Counted from the stretch's first letter, positions 1 through 11,028 are shown. The stretch: 40,676 bases of DNA from an uncultured Burkholderiales bacterium (GCA_903898725.1 CAIUGQ010000126.1:1-40676); one strand, 5' to 3'. The notes: generated by a model from the sequence alone, not told the origin. Numbers and translations are program-made.

Positions 1-857
1 AGCACGGCGAACTGGGCGGCCTCGCCATCGGCAAACATCTGCAGCATGCTCGCGTCGCAGGCGGTCTGGATGATCGAGCGCTGGGTCGGGCTGAACTCGG
101 CCCACTTCTTCTTCGAGATGATCAGCTCGTTGAGCGTGGACTGCTGATGCCATCCGGGGAAGTAGTAGTGCTTGGCGACCTGGTGGAAGCCGAGCGTCGC
201 ATCCATGACGGGCATCGAGAATTCGGTCGCGTCGATCGTGCCGAGCTGCAGCGCCTGGAAGATCTCGCCGGCCTGCAGCAGCTGCGTGGAGACGCCGAAC
301 TTCTGCATCACGTTCGCGCCCAGGCCGAGGAAGCGCATCTTCAGACCCTTCAGGTCGTCGAGCGACTTGATCTCCTTGCGGAACCAGCCCGAGGCCTCCG
401 GCGAGATCAGTCCGCAGGGGATCACCTCGACGTTGTACTTCGCGTGGAGCTCCTTCATCAGCGCCTCGCCGCCGCCGTGCTTGAGCCAGGCGATGTACTC
501 GCCGCCCTCGGGCCCGAACGGGACCGCGCCGTACAGCGCGAACGCGATGTCCTTGCCGGTCCAGAACGCCGACACGGTGAACGCCATGTCGAGCGAACCG
601 TTGCCGACCGCATCGAGATACTGGTTGGCGGGGACGAGCGCGCCGGGCTCGAAGCCCTTGACGTCGATCGAGCCGCCGGAGGCCGCGCGGATCGCCTCGA
701 CCAGACGAGTCTGCGCCGGACCGAGCAGACCGGTGTTGCTCGGGAACGCCCAGCCCATCTGGGCACGGACCTTCTTCTCCTGGGCCTGCGCGAGCGAGCC
801 CGACACGCCGAGGGTGAATGCGCACGCGATCGCGGCTGCGCGGAACAGTCGTTGCAT
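1..857 (-). CDS. TRAP transporter solute-binding protein, DctP/COG4663-like (C-terminus truncated by window edge)
   Basis: Absent from the ORF track because it runs off the left edge. My minus-strand translation from the ATG (complement of 855-857) reads MQRLFRAAAIACAFTLGVSGSLAQAQEKKVRAQMGWAFPSNTGLLGP... (signal peptide). It stays open to position 1 (...VAKHYYFPGWHQQSTLNELI...CDASMLQMFADGEAAQFAV). SD GGAGGAG lies 7 nt upstream (complement of 865-871). The FPGWHQ-type motif is typical of TRAP periplasmic receptors. Confidence 0.8.
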   Translation of the reverse strand, partial: MQRLFRAAAIACAFTLGVSGSLAQAQEKKVRAQMGWAFPSNTGLLGPAQTRLVEAIRAASGGSIDVKGFEPGALVPANQYLDAVGNGSLDMAFTVSAFWTGKDIAFALYGAVPFGPEGGEYIAWLKHGGGEALMKELHAKYNVEVIPCGLISPEASGWFRKEIKSLDDLKGLKMRFLGLGANVMQKFGVSTQLLQAGEIFQALQLGTIDATEFSMPVMDATLGFHQVAKHYYFPGWHQQSTLNELIISKKKWAEFSPTQRSIIQTACDASMLQMFADGEAAQFAV

Positions 858-1065
858 GAGTGGTCTCCTCCGTCCTGATCTTGTTCCGGCCTGCCGATCT
901 GGCGTGCCGGCGGCGCGCTTCGTCGAGCGCTCCATCAGGCGACGCTAGCATGACCCGCGCCGCAGCGGCAATCCTTTCGAAAATGATCCCTTGCTTGCTT
1001 GCCTGCCCGACGCGCTGGCGCACGATCGCTCTCCGAGCATGGGCATCGCACCCGAGGAGACGGAC

Positions 1066-1836
1066 ATGAAGCGGCTCGAAGGCCGGACTGCGGTCATCAC
1101 CGGCGCGGCCGGTGGCATCGGATCGGCCACGGCACGCCTGTTCTGCGAGCACGGCGCACGCGTGGCGCTGGTCGACCTGCCGGAGTCGCCGCTCGGCGAG
1201 GTCGCAGCAGCACTCAGGGCAGAGACACCCGACGCAGACATCCTCGAGATCGCCTGCGATCTCGGGCAGGAGGTCGGGGCGACGCAGGCGATCGAAGCGA
1301 CCCTCGCTCATTTCGGAACGCTCGACGTGCTGGTCAACAACGCGGGGGTCAGGGCCTACGGCCCGCTCGCCGACGCCGAGGCGCACAGCTGGCAGGCGAT
1401 CCTGTCGGTCAACCTGCTCGCCTATGCTTTCCTCGCGCGCGAGGCACTGCCGGCGCTGCGGCGCAGCGGACGCGGCTCGATCATCAACGTCTCGTCGACC
1501 CATGCGATCAACCCGCGCGCGGGCATGGGTCAGTACGACGCGGCTAAGGCGGGCGTGCTGTCGATGACGCGCACCCTCGCCTTCGAGGAGGCGGCCCACG
1601 GGGTCCGGGTCAACGCCGTCTGCCCGGGCCTGACGCTGACGCCCTTCCACGTGCGGCGGGCGATGCGCGAGGGGCGCACCGAGGACGACCTGCGCGGCGA
1701 GCGCGTCGACCACAACCTGCAGCGACGCTGGGCGGATGCCCGCGAAGTGGCCTGGCCGATCCTGTGGCTGGCCGGAGACGAGGCCTCGTTCGTCACGGCG
1801 TCCACGCTGATGGTCGACGGAGGCACCCGCACATGA
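1066..1836 (+). CDS. short-chain dehydrogenase/reductase (SDR) family oxidoreductase
   Basis: ORF 991..1836. The likely start is the internal ATG at 1066 (MKRLEGRTAVITGAAGGIGSA), preceded by GGAG. Motifs: TGxxxGIG cofactor motif, NNAG, catalytic YDAAK (YxxxK). Confidence 0.9.
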   Translation: MKRLEGRTAVITGAAGGIGSATARLFCEHGARVALVDLPESPLGEVAAALRAETPDADILEIACDLGQEVGATQAIEATLAHFGTLDVLVNNAGVRAYGPLADAEAHSWQAILSVNLLAYAFLAREALPALRRSGRGSIINVSSTHAINPRAGMGQYDAAKAGVLSMTRTLAFEEAAHGVRVNAVCPGLTLTPFHVRRAMREGRTEDDLRGERVDHNLQRRWADAREVAWPILWLAGDEASFVTASTLMVDGGTRT

Positions 1837-2831
1837 CGCGCTCGGCCACACCGACGGCGGCACCGACGCCGACGATCCACGGCCGCTGGATCGACGCCCC
1901 CGGTGCAGTGACCCTCATCGATGCCCACCATCATCTGTGGGACCTCGATCACAACCGCTATCCGTGGTTGAGCGGTGACCCCGACCCCGACTTCTTTCTC
2001 GGCGACTACAGCGCGCTGCGACGCAACTACCTGCCGGAGGACTACCGGCGCGACGCGGCACGCCACAACGTCCTCGCCACCGTGCACTGCGAGGCGGAGT
2101 GGGCGCGCGACGACCAGGTCGGCGAGACCGACTGGCTGACCCGGATCCATGCGGCGCAGGGCATGCCGGCGGCGATCGTCGCGCACGCCTGGTTCCACAC
2201 CGCCGACAGCGCCGAGGTGCTGGCCCGACAGGCCAGTCGTCCCCTGGTCCGCGGCATCCGGTCCAAGCCGGTGACCGCCCGGACGCCGGATGCGATCGCG
2301 CCGGGTGCGCCCGGCACCATGCAGGATCCCCGGTGGCTCGAGGGGTTCTCGAGGCTCGAGCGGCACGGCCTGTCCTGGGATCTGCGGGTGCCCTACTGGC
2401 ATCTGGAGGAGGCTGCTGAAGTCGCCGCGAGCTTTCCCCGGACACCGATCGTGCTCAATCACACCGGCTTCCCCTGGGACCGCAGCGAGACCGGCCTCGC
2501 GGCATGGCGTCGTGCGATGCAGGCGATCGCGCGGCAGCCCAACGTGCACCTGAAGGTCTCCGAGTTCGGCCTTCGCGCGCAGCCGTGGGACGAGACCTCC
2601 AACCGGCGGATCGTGCGCGACGCCATCGCGATCTTCGGCATCGAGCGATGCATGTTCGCGAGCAACTTCCCCGTCGCGGTCCTGCGCATCGACTACGACT
2701 CGCTGGTGCGCGCGGTCAGCCGGATGCTGGACGATCTCGATGACGACCAGCGGCATGGCTTCTTCGTGCGCAACGCGGCCGCGTTCTACCGGCTCGATCC
2801 GGCACTGGCACGCGCGAAACCTGCCGGCTGA
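1833..2831 (+). CDS. amidohydrolase-2 family protein (metal-dependent lactonase/hydrolase-like)
   Basis: ORF 1764..2831. The ATG at 1833 overlaps the SDR stop (ATGA), suggesting translational coupling. The N-terminal IDAHHHLWD motif is typical of the amidohydrolase_2 (COG3618, fuconolactonase/LigI-like) family. Confidence 0.8.
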   Translation: MTRSATPTAAPTPTIHGRWIDAPGAVTLIDAHHHLWDLDHNRYPWLSGDPDPDFFLGDYSALRRNYLPEDYRRDAARHNVLATVHCEAEWARDDQVGETDWLTRIHAAQGMPAAIVAHAWFHTADSAEVLARQASRPLVRGIRSKPVTARTPDAIAPGAPGTMQDPRWLEGFSRLERHGLSWDLRVPYWHLEEAAEVAASFPRTPIVLNHTGFPWDRSETGLAAWRRAMQAIARQPNVHLKVSEFGLRAQPWDETSNRRIVRDAIAIFGIERCMFASNFPVAVLRIDYDSLVRAVSRMLDDLDDDQRHGFFVRNAAAFYRLDPALARAKPAG

Positions 2832-2845
2832 CGCGCGTCGGCGCC

Positions 2846-3568
2846 TCAGACCCCGAGATACCGCTGCCAGACCCCGCGGTCCGCATCGAGCTCGGCCGAA
2901 CTGCCGCGCCAGGCGATCGTGCCGCGCTCGACGATGACATGGCGGTCCGCGATCTGGATCAGCCGGTTCACGTACTTGTCGATGACGAGGATGGTCTGGC
3001 CGGCGGTGCGCAGCTCGCGCAGACAGCGCCAGATCTCCTCGCGGATCAGCGGGGCCAGCCCCTCGGTGGCCTCGTCGAGGATCAGCAGCCGCGGGTTGGT
3101 GACCAGCGCGCGGCCGATCGCGAGCATCTGCTGCTCACCGCCGGAGAGCTGATTGCCGAGGTTGTCGCGGCGCTCGGCGAGCCGGGGGAAGAGCGTGTAG
3201 ACGCGCGCGGCGTCCCAGACGCCGCCGCGGGTCTCGCCGCCGCGCCGCGCGGCGAACGCGGTCAGGTGCTCGTCGACCGACAGGTTGGGGAACACCTGCC
3301 GGCCCTCGGGCACGACCGCCAGCCCCAGCCGCGCGATGCGGTCCGCCGGCAGCCCGCGCACCTCGGTGCCGTCGAACGCGATGCGCCCGGCACGCGAGGC
3401 CACCAGCCCCAGGATCGAGCGCACCAGGGTCGTCTTGCCCATGCCGTTGCGCCCGAGCAGGCCGACCACCTCGCCCGGCCGCACCTCGAGGTCGATGCCG
3501 AACAGCACCTGGCTCGCGCCGTACGCGGTCTCCAGCGCCTCGACGGCCAGCAGCGGTGCGGCGCTCAT
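2846..3568 (-). CDS. branched-chain amino acid (HAAT family) ABC transporter ATP-binding protein, LivF-like
   Basis: 240-aa ORF. Walker A GRNGMGKTT, signature LSGGEQQ, Walker B LLILDE. The ATG overlaps the upstream gene's stop (ATGA). Confidence 0.93.
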   Translation of the reverse strand: MSAAPLLAVEALETAYGASQVLFGIDLEVRPGEVVGLLGRNGMGKTTLVRSILGLVASRAGRIAFDGTEVRGLPADRIARLGLAVVPEGRQVFPNLSVDEHLTAFAARRGGETRGGVWDAARVYTLFPRLAERRDNLGNQLSGGEQQMLAIGRALVTNPRLLILDEATEGLAPLIREEIWRCLRELRTAGQTILVIDKYVNRLIQIADRHVIVERGTIAWRGSSAELDADRGVWQRYLGV

Positions 3569-4362
3569 CGATGCACCTCGTCGCCGAGGTAGGCGGTGAT
3601 CACCTCGGGGTCGTTGCGCACGACGTCGGGCAGCCCGGAGGCGATCACCCGGCCGTTGACCAGCACCGACACCCGGTCGGCCAGCCGGAACACCGCGTCG
3701 ACGTCGTGCTCGACCAGCAGCACGGTCGCCTTCGTGCGCACGCGCTCGATCAGCTCGACCATCCGCGCCGACTCCTCGGGGCCGGTCCCGGCCATCGGCT
3801 CGTCGAGCAGCAGCAGGCGCGGGCGGGTCGCGAGCGCGACACCGACCTCGAGCGCGCGCTGCTCGCCATGCGACAGCGCCGCGGCCGGCATGTCGGCGCG
3901 CGCACTCAGGCCGATCTCGCCGAGTAGCGCGCGGGCCTCGTCGGCGATGGCGGTGTCACGCGAGACCGGCCGCCAGAACGACAGGTTGCGCCCGTCGCGC
4001 GCCTGCACCGCGATCGCGAGGTTCTCGACCGCGCTGAAGCTGCGGAAGAGCCGCGTGATCTGGAACGAGCGGGCGAGGCCCAGCTTCACGCGGCGGTGCT
4101 GCACCAGCCGTGTGACCTCGACACCGGCGAAGCGGATCTCGCCGTCGTCGGGCATCAGCGTGCCCGAGAGCTGCGCGATCAGGCTGGTCTTGCCGGCGCC
4201 GTTCGGGCCGATCAGCGCATGGATCTCGCCCTCCGCGACCGCGAGCGTCACGTCGTCGGTGGCGATCACGCCGCCGAAGCGCTTGCGCAGGCCGCGCACC
4301 GAGAGCAGCGTCGCCGCGGCCGCGCCGGCGGACGCGGGCGCCGAGGACGGCACCGCGCTCAC
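3565..4362 (-). CDS. HAAT family ABC transporter ATP-binding protein, LivG-like
   Basis: 265-aa ORF. Walker A GPNGAGKTS, signature LSHGEQR, Walker B LLLLDEP. The GTG start overlaps the permease stop (GTGA). Confidence 0.93.
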   Translation of the reverse strand: MSAVPSSAPASAGAAAATLLSVRGLRKRFGGVIATDDVTLAVAEGEIHALIGPNGAGKTSLIAQLSGTLMPDDGEIRFAGVEVTRLVQHRRVKLGLARSFQITRLFRSFSAVENLAIAVQARDGRNLSFWRPVSRDTAIADEARALLGEIGLSARADMPAAALSHGEQRALEVGVALATRPRLLLLDEPMAGTGPEESARMVELIERVRTKATVLLVEHDVDAVFRLADRVSVLVNGRVIASGLPDVVRNDPEVITAYLGDEVHR

Positions 4363-5330
4363 TTCGGCCCCGCCCCGCGCCCGAAGGCGCGCGACACCAG
4401 CCCCACCAGTCCGCGCGGCGCGTACAGCACGATCGCGAGCAGGATCCAGCCGACCCAGAACTGCCAGTGCACGGTGTAGGCGGAGATGACCTCCTCGAGC
4501 AGCAGCAGCACGAAGGCGCCGAGCACGCCGCCCCAGAGCGTGCCCACGCCGCCCAGGATCACCATGACCATCAGCGTTCCCGACTGCGTCCAGTGCAGCA
4601 CGTTCGGATTGACGTAGTTCTGCTGGTTGACCATCAGCGCGCCGGACAGCCCGCCGAGCGCCGCCGAGATCACGAAGAGCACGAGCTTGTAGCGGAAGGT
4701 CGGCACGCCGATCGCCTCGGCGCGGACATCGTCGTCGCGCATCGCGAGCACGATCCGTCCGAAGCGCGAGCGCATGATCCGGTGCACCGCGAGCAGCGTC
4801 GCCGCGAGGCAGGCGAGCACGACGAAGTAGAAGGTCGCGTCGTCCTTGAGGTTCAGCCCGAAGCCGAGCGAGGAGCGCAGCTTGAGGTTCAGGCCCTCGT
4901 CTCCGCCATACGCCTTCACGCTGTTGACGAGGTAGAACAGCATCTGCGCGAAGGCGAGCGTGATCATGATGAAGTACACGCCCCGGGTGCGCAGCGACAC
5001 GGCGCCGATCACCGTCGCGAACAGCGCGGCGATGAGCATCGCCGCCGGGATGCCGATCCAGCCGCTGACCACGCCCTCGGTGATCAGGATGCCGACCGTG
5101 TACGCACCGATGCCGAAGAACGCCGCATGGCCGAAGGACACCAGGCCGCCGTAGCCGAGCACCAGGTTCAGGCTGGTCGCGGCGATCGCGTAGATCATCA
5201 TCCGGCTGGCGACGCTGACGTAGAAGGTCGCATCGAGCGCCTGCATCGCGAAGGGGAAGGCGAGCGCGGCGAAGGCGAGGACGAGCAGGGCCAGCGAGCT
5301 GAAATTCTTGCCGACTATCGTCGGATTCAC
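4359..5330 (-). CDS. HAAT family ABC transporter permease, LivM-like
   Basis: The maximal ORF is 4359..5417 (GTG). I prefer GTG at 5330 (VNPTIVGKNFSSLALLVLAF...) for two reasons. It follows GGGAG with a 6-nt spacer. The extra 29 codons are Arg-rich and span an 8-bp hairpin (5379..5397, cggcgagc-agt-gctcgccg) that looks intercistronic. The protein is multi-TM with a GYGGLVSFGHAAFFGIGAY motif. Confidence 0.85.
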   Translation of the reverse strand: MNPTIVGKNFSSLALLVLAFAALAFPFAMQALDATFYVSVASRMMIYAIAATSLNLVLGYGGLVSFGHAAFFGIGAYTVGILITEGVVSGWIGIPAAMLIAALFATVIGAVSLRTRGVYFIMITLAFAQMLFYLVNSVKAYGGDEGLNLKLRSSLGFGLNLKDDATFYFVVLACLAATLLAVHRIMRSRFGRIVLAMRDDDVRAEAIGVPTFRYKLVLFVISAALGGLSGALMVNQQNYVNPNVLHWTQSGTLMVMVILGGVGTLWGGVLGAFVLLLLEEVISAYTVHWQFWVGWILLAIVLYAPRGLVGLVSRAFGRGAGPK

Positions 5331-5409
5331 GTTCGACTCCCAGTAGTGCGCCGCAAGTATGCGGCGCCCGTTCGGTCGGCGGCGAGCAGTGCTCGCCGAA
5401 ACCCCGCCC

Positions 5410-6327
5410 TCACCCACGCGCCGGAAACAGCCCCTGCGGCCGCACGAACAGCACCACCGCCATCAGCACGTACACCGCGATCGAGGCGACCGCCGGCCCC
5501 GCCGCGCTCGCGAACTGCGGCGGCAGGAACTCGCGGAACAGGTGGGGCAGCACGGTGCGTCCGGCGGTGTCGACGAAGCCCACCAGCAGCGAACCGACCA
5601 GCGCGCCGCGGATCGAGCCGATGCCGCCGATGACGATGACGACGAACGCGAGGATCAGGATGCCCTCGCCCATGCCGACCTGCACCGCCAGCAGCGGCCC
5701 GAGCATCGCGCCGGCCACCGCGCACAGCGCCGCGCCGATGCCGAACACCGCGGTGAACAGCCGGCGGATGTCGACGCCCATCGCCATCGCCATCTCGCGG
5801 TTCGAGGCGCCTGCGCGCACCAGCGCGCCCATCCGCGTCTTCGTCACCAGCAGGTAGAGCAGCAGCGCGAGCGCCAGGCCCACGCCGATGATCAGCAGCC
5901 GGTAGGCCGGGTAGTACAGGCCGGGCAGCAGCTCCACCGGCCCGGACAGCGCCGCCGGCGCCGACAGCGGCAGGTCGCTGCCCCAGACCATCCGCACGCC
6001 CTCGTTGATGATCAGGATCAGCGCGAAGGTCGCCAGCACCTGCGACAGGTGGTCGCGCGCGTAGAGCGAGCGCAGCAGCGTCGTCTCGAGCACCATGCCG
6101 AACACCGCGGCGGCGGGGATCGCGAGCAGCACGCCGGCGACGAACGAGCCGGTCAGCTCGACGAACCACGCCGCCAGGAACGCGCCGACCATGTACAGCG
6201 AGCCGTGCGCGAGGTTGATCATGTCCATGATCCCGAACACCAGCGTGAGGCCGGCGGCGAGCAGGAACAGCATCAACCCGAACTGCAGGCCGTTCAGCGA
6301 CTGTTCGAGCAGGAGGAGTCCGGACAC
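5410..6327 (-). CDS. HAAT family ABC transporter permease, LivH-like
   Basis: 305-aa hydrophobic ORF ([46 protein letters not shown]...), a typical LivH N-terminus. GTG start preceded by GAGGG. Confidence 0.92.
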   Translation of the reverse strand: MSGLLLLEQSLNGLQFGLMLFLLAAGLTLVFGIMDMINLAHGSLYMVGAFLAAWFVELTGSFVAGVLLAIPAAAVFGMVLETTLLRSLYARDHLSQVLATFALILIINEGVRMVWGSDLPLSAPAALSGPVELLPGLYYPAYRLLIIGVGLALALLLYLLVTKTRMGALVRAGASNREMAMAMGVDIRRLFTAVFGIGAALCAVAGAMLGPLLAVQVGMGEGILILAFVVIVIGGIGSIRGALVGSLLVGFVDTAGRTVLPHLFREFLPPQFASAAGPAVASIAVYVLMAVVLFVRPQGLFPARG

Positions 6328-6339
6328 GACCGCCCTCGA

Positions 6340-7527
6340 TCAGGACGGCATCTTGCAGTCCTGCACGTACGCGTCGCCGTGGTTCTTGAAGATCGGCTCG
6401 CCGAGCGTCTTGTTCACCAGCCGGCCCTGCGCGTCCTTGCCCACCACCCGCAGGTAGTAGTTCTGGATCGGGTACTGGTTGGTGTTGAACTTGAAGTCGC
6501 CGCGGACCGACTGGAACTTGGCTGCCTTCAGCGCCTTGCGGACGGCGTCCTTGTCCTCGATCTTGCCCTTCACGTCGCGGACCGCCGCGTCGATCAGCTG
6601 CGCCGCGTCGTAGCCCTGCGAGGCGTAGACGCTCGGCAGCCGCTTGTACTCCTTCTCGAACTCGGCGACGAACTTCTTGTTGGCCGCGTTCGGCAGGTCG
6701 AGCGCCCAGTGCGCGGTGTCGAAGGTGCCGAGCATCGCGTCGCCGACCGGCCGGATGATGTCCTGGTCCGCGCCGAAGCCCGGCTGGAGCAGGGCCATGT
6801 CCTTGGACAGGCCGGCGCCCACGAACTGCTTGATGAAGTTGATGCCCATGCCGCCGGGCAGGAAGGTGTAGACCGCGTCGGGCTTGGCGGCGCGGACTTC
6901 GGCGAGCTCGGCCGAGTAGTCGAGCTGGCCGAGCTTGGTGTAGACCTCGCCGGCGACCTGGCCCTTGAAGTAGCGCTTGAAGCCCGCGAGCGAATCCTTG
7001 CCGGCCTGGTAGTTCGGCGCGATCAGGTAGACCTTCTTGAAGCCCTTGTTGGTCGCGTTCTGGCCGGCGGCCTCGTGGTACGCATCGTTCGGCCAGGACA
7101 CCGCGAAGAAGTACGGGTTGCAGTCCTTGCCAGCGAGCGGCGACGGCGCGGCGTTCGGGCTGACGTAGAAGGTCTTGCTCTCGAAGGCCTCGGGCACCGC
7201 GGCGAGCATGATGTTGGAGAACACCACGCCGGTCATGAAGTCGACCCGGTCGCGCTTGATGTTCTTCTCGAAGAGCTGCTTGGCGACGTCGGGCTTGAAC
7301 TGGTCGTCAGCGACCATGACCTCGGCGGGCAGCCCGCCGAGCTTGCCGCCGTTGAGCTTGACGGCCAGCAGGAAGGCGTCGCGGATGTCGACACCGAGGG
7401 CGGCCGACGGTCCGGACAGCGTGCTGACGAAGCCGACCTTGACCTTGTCGGCGGCGGCGGCCGGCCCGCCGAGCATCAGCCCGGCGGCGAGTGCGGCGGC
7501 GAGGAACGGGCTCGAGGCGGTGCGCAT
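6340..7527 (-). CDS. ABC transporter substrate-binding protein, LivK/Leu-Ile-Val-binding family
   Basis: ORF 6340..7968, trimmed to the ATG at 7527 ([45 protein letters not shown]), which has a signal peptide and a GGAGA SD. The upstream extension is Arg/Pro-rich junk. Confidence 0.9.
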   Translation of the reverse strand: MRTASSPFLAAALAAGLMLGGPAAAADKVKVGFVSTLSGPSAALGVDIRDAFLLAVKLNGGKLGGLPAEVMVADDQFKPDVAKQLFEKNIKRDRVDFMTGVVFSNIMLAAVPEAFESKTFYVSPNAAPSPLAGKDCNPYFFAVSWPNDAYHEAAGQNATNKGFKKVYLIAPNYQAGKDSLAGFKRYFKGQVAGEVYTKLGQLDYSAELAEVRAAKPDAVYTFLPGGMGINFIKQFVGAGLSKDMALLQPGFGADQDIIRPVGDAMLGTFDTAHWALDLPNAANKKFVAEFEKEYKRLPSVYASQGYDAAQLIDAAVRDVKGKIEDKDAVRKALKAAKFQSVRGDFKFNTNQYPIQNYYLRVVGKDAQGRLVNKTLGEPIFKNHGDAYVQDCKMPS

Positions 7528-7678
7528 CGGGAGGATCTCCAGGCGGGAACGGAGCGGCCGGACGGCCGCGACGGGCCCGATTATGGCAGCGGCCCCGCCC
7601 TCGCGGGAGGCCCGTGCGCCTATCATCGGGGCTCGACGCGTCCCCGGAGCCGGGCCGCGCGCTGGAGACCTGTCGCCG

Positions 7679-9775
7679 ATGACCGCCACCGCCCGCCTGA
7701 TCCGCCACGACGACGTCGGCGTGATCGAGCTCGACAACCCGCCCGTCAACGCCCTCGCCCTCGGGCTGCGGGTCGGCCTCGAGGCCAGCCTGGAGGCGGC
7801 GCTCGGCGACCCCTCAATCGTCGCCATCGTGCTGGCCGGGGGCGGGCGCATGTTCTGCGGCGGCGCCGACCTGCGCGAGTTCAACACGCCCGCCGCGGCG
7901 CAGCCGCCCTTCACCGGCGAGCTGCGCGCGCGGATGGACCGCTCGCCCAAGCCCATCGTCGCCGCCATCCATGGCAGCGCGCTCGGCGGCGGCCTGGAGA
8001 TGGCGCTGGCCTGCCACTACCGCGTCGCGGCACCGGGCACCCAGCTCGGGCTGCCCGAGGTCCGGCGCGGGCTGCTGCCCGGCGGCGGCGGCACCCAGCG
8101 GCTGCCGCGGCTGGTCGGCGTGCCGACCGCGCTGCGCATGATCGTCTCGGGCGATACCGTCGATGCGGCGGGCGCGAAGGCCATCGGGCTGGTCGACGAA
8201 GTGGCCGCAGGCGATGTGCGCACCGCCGCCATCGCCTTCGCACGGGCCGCCGCCGCACGGGGCGGCCACCACCCGGTGGCCGCGACCCGCGAGGCGCGCA
8301 TCGACGATGCCGACGCCTTCTTCGCTGCGGAGCGCGCACGCGTGAAGGCCGAGTCGCGCGGCCTGGAGGCACCGCTCGAATGCCTGGCCTGCGTCGAGGC
8401 CGCGACCCGCCTGCCCTTCGACGAGGGCCTGGCCTTCGAGCGCTCGCGCTTTCGCGTGCTGGTCGAAGGCACGCAGTCGAAGGCGCTGCGCCACCTGTTC
8501 TTCGCCGAGCGGGCCGCCGCCCGCATCCCCGGCATCGCCGACGACCAGGTGACCCGCCCGGTGCGCACGGTCGGCGTGATCGGCGCCGGCACGATGGGCG
8601 GCGGGATCGCGATGAGCCTGGCGAACGCCGGGCTCGAGGTGCTGCAGCTCGAGACCACCCAGGCCGCGCTCGACCGCGGCCGCGCCACGATGACGCGCAA
8701 CTGGGCCGGCACCGTCGCCAAGGGCAAGCTGACCCAGGACGAGATGGACCGGCGCCTGGCGCGCGTGCGCGGCACGCTGCGCTACGAGGACCTCGCCGAT
8801 GCCGACCTGGTGATCGAGGCGGTCTTCGAGGACATGGCGGTCAAGCGCGAGGTCTTCGGCCGGCTGGATGCGGTCTGCCGCCCCGGTGCGATCCTCGCCT
8901 CCAACACCTCGCGGCTCGACATCGACGAGATCGCGCGCAGCACCTCGCGCCCTCAGGACGTCGTCGGCCTGCACTACTTCTCGCCGGCCAACGTGATGCG
9001 CCTGCTGGAGGTCGTGCGCGGCGCCGCGACCGCGCCCGACGTGATCGCCACCGCCATGGCCTTCGGTCGCACGACCGCGAAGCTGCCGGTGCTGGTGGGC
9101 AACTGCGACGGCTTCGTCGGCAACCGGATGCTGTCGGCCTACGTCCGCGAGGCCGGCTTCCTGCTCGAGGAGGGCGCGAGCCCGGCCCAGATCGACGGCG
9201 CCCTGCAGCGCTTCGGGCTGGCGATGGGTCCGTTCCGGATGGGCGACCTCGCCGGCCTCGACATCGGCTGGGCGGGCCGCAAGCGCCAGGCCGCGACGCG
9301 CCCGAAGCACCTGCGCTACAGCCGCGTCGCCGACCGGATCTGCGAGCTCGGGCGCTTCGGCCAGAAGACGGGCGCCGGCTGGTACCGCTACGAGGACGGC
9401 AGCCGCTCGCCGATCCCCGATCCCGAGGTCGAGCGCATCATCGCCGAGTGCGCGGCCGAGGCCGGCATCGCACGCCGCTCGATCGCCGATCAGGAGATCG
9501 TCGAGCGCACGATGTACGCGCTGGCCAACGAGGGCGCGAAGATCCTCGCCGAAGGCGTCGCGCTGCGCGCCTCCGACATCGACCTCGTCTACGTGAACGG
9601 CTACGGCTTCCCGGCCTACCGCGGCGGGCCGATGCATTTCGCGGACACGATCGGCCTGAAGGAAGTGGCCGAGCGCGTCGTGCAGTTCCACGCCGCACAC
9701 GGCGACTGGTGGACCCCGGCACCGCTGCTGCTCGAGCGCGCCGCCGCGGGCCGCGGCTTCAACGACAAGGAGTGA
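7679..9775 (+). CDS. bifunctional enoyl-CoA hydratase / 3-hydroxyacyl-CoA dehydrogenase (FadB/FadJ-like)
   Basis: Frame of ORF 7175..9775, with the start at ATG 7679 ([26 protein letters not shown]). Crotonase motifs FCGGADL and [13 protein letters not shown]. Rossmann motif [12 protein letters not shown] of the HAD domain. About 698 aa. Confidence 0.92.
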   Translation: MTATARLIRHDDVGVIELDNPPVNALALGLRVGLEASLEAALGDPSIVAIVLAGGGRMFCGGADLREFNTPAAAQPPFTGELRARMDRSPKPIVAAIHGSALGGGLEMALACHYRVAAPGTQLGLPEVRRGLLPGGGGTQRLPRLVGVPTALRMIVSGDTVDAAGAKAIGLVDEVAAGDVRTAAIAFARAAAARGGHHPVAATREARIDDADAFFAAERARVKAESRGLEAPLECLACVEAATRLPFDEGLAFERSRFRVLVEGTQSKALRHLFFAERAAARIPGIADDQVTRPVRTVGVIGAGTMGGGIAMSLANAGLEVLQLETTQAALDRGRATMTRNWAGTVAKGKLTQDEMDRRLARVRGTLRYEDLADADLVIEAVFEDMAVKREVFGRLDAVCRPGAILASNTSRLDIDEIARSTSRPQDVVGLHYFSPANVMRLLEVVRGAATAPDVIATAMAFGRTTAKLPVLVGNCDGFVGNRMLSAYVREAGFLLEEGASPAQIDGALQRFGLAMGPFRMGDLAGLDIGWAGRKRQAATRPKHLRYSRVADRICELGRFGQKTGAGWYRYEDGSRSPIPDPEVERIIAECAAEAGIARRSIADQEIVERTMYALANEGAKILAEGVALRASDIDLVYVNGYGFPAYRGGPMHFADTIGLKEVAERVVQFHAAHGDWWTPAPLLLERAAAGRGFNDKE

Positions 9776-9777
9776 CC

Positions 9778-10959
9778 ATGACCGACGCAGTGATCGTCTC
9801 GACCGCCCGTACCCCGATCGGCAAGGCCCATCGCGGCGCCTTCAACATGACCACCGGCCCGACGCTGGGCGCCCACGTGATCGCGCACGCGGTCAAGCGC
9901 GCCGGCGTCGACCCGGCCGAGGTCGAGGAGGTGATCCTCGGCGTCGGCCGCCCCGAGGGCACCACCGGCGGCAACGTGGCCCGCCAGAGCGCGATCAAGG
10001 CGGGCCTGTCGGTCGGCTCCACCGGCTCGGTGATCAGCCGCGCCTGCGGCTCGGGCCTGAACGCGATCGCCGCGGCCGCCCATCGCGTGATCGTCGACCG
10101 CGTGCCGATCGTGGTGGCCGGCGGCATGGAGTCGATCAGCCTGACGGTGAACGACAAGAGCAACACGTTCATGGCGCGCGACCCCTGGGTGCTCGCGAAC
10201 AAGCCCTCGCTGTACGACACGATGATCGAGACCGCCGAGACCGTGGCGAAGCGCTACGGCATCGCGCGCGAGGTGCAGGACCAGTACGGTGCGCGCAGCC
10301 AGCAGCGCGTCGCCGCGGCGCTCGCCGCCGGCCGCTTCGATGCCGAGGTCGTGCCGCTGACCACGATGAAGGCGATCACCAACAAGGACACCAACGAGAC
10401 CCTGATGCAGGAGGTCACGCTGATGCACGACGAAGGCATCCGCGGCGACACCACCTACGAGGGCGTGTCCAAGCTCAAGCCGGTCGTCGAGGGCGGCAGC
10501 ATCACCGCCGGCAACGCGAGCCAGCTGTCGGACGGCGCGTCGGCCTGCGTGGTGATGGACCGCAAGCTGGCCGAGCAGCGCGGCCTGCAGCCGCTCGGCA
10601 TCTTCCGCGGCTTCGCCACCGCCGGCTGCGAGCCGGACGAGATGGGCATCGGCCCGGTGTTCGCCGTGCCGCGCCTGCTCGAGCGCGCCGGCCTGAAGGT
10701 GTCGGACATCGGCCTGTGGGAGCTGAACGAGGCGTTCGCGGTGCAGGTGCTCTACTGCCGCGACCGGCTCGGCATCCCCGACGAGCGCCTGAACGTCGAC
10801 GGCGGCGGCATCGCGGTCGGCCATCCGTTCGGCATGTCGGGCGCGCGGCTGGTCGGCCATGCGCTGATCGAGGGCAAGCGCCGCGGCGTGAAGTACGTGG
10901 TGGTGACGATGTGCATCGCCGGCGGGATGGGGGCGGCGGGGCTGTTCGAGGTGGCGTGA
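9778..10959 (+). CDS. acetyl-CoA C-acyltransferase (thiolase)
   Basis: Last 393 aa of the artefactual 5359..10959 ORF. ATG at 9778 after AAGGAG ([22 protein letters not shown]). Active-site segments [34 protein letters not shown]. Confidence 0.95.
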   Translation: MTDAVIVSTARTPIGKAHRGAFNMTTGPTLGAHVIAHAVKRAGVDPAEVEEVILGVGRPEGTTGGNVARQSAIKAGLSVGSTGSVISRACGSGLNAIAAAAHRVIVDRVPIVVAGGMESISLTVNDKSNTFMARDPWVLANKPSLYDTMIETAETVAKRYGIAREVQDQYGARSQQRVAAALAAGRFDAEVVPLTTMKAITNKDTNETLMQEVTLMHDEGIRGDTTYEGVSKLKPVVEGGSITAGNASQLSDGASACVVMDRKLAEQRGLQPLGIFRGFATAGCEPDEMGIGPVFAVPRLLERAGLKVSDIGLWELNEAFAVQVLYCRDRLGIPDERLNVDGGGIAVGHPFGMSGARLVGHALIEGKRRGVKYVVVTMCIAGGMGAAGLFEVA

Positions 10960-11028
10960 CGCGGGCGGTGCGTCCGGGCGGGCGGGTCGCACGCGCCGGC
11001 GTGCTCCGACCCATCGGACGCGCGATGC

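Noticed and set aside
4359-5417. LivM-like permease starting at GTG 5417 and overlapping the livH stop
   Set aside because: It is possible. However, the extra 29 residues ([29 protein letters not shown]) are not membrane-protein-like, and they contain an 8-bp hairpin (5379..5397). GTG 5330 has a better SD. It is kept as the alternative start.
7175-7678. N-terminal 168-aa extension of the FadB-like ORF
   Set aside because: The extension is antisense to the substrate-binding protein gene and its leader, and it is Ser/Ala/Arg-rich. The crotonase fold begins right after ATG 7679.
5359-10959. 1866-aa plus-strand ORF, the longest in the track
   Set aside because: This is a GC-driven open frame. 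Only its last about 393 codons (thiolase, from ATG 9778) carry recognisable motifs. Upstream it runs antisense to livH and the substrate-binding gene, and then out of frame through the FadB-like gene. The composition there is Arg/Ala/Gly/Asp/His-rich with no domain signatures.
10985-11000. Short hairpin gcacgc-gccg-gcgtgc between the convergent thiolase and cupin genes
   Set aside because: It has only a 6-bp stem in a GC-rich background with no U-tract. That is too weak to call a terminator.
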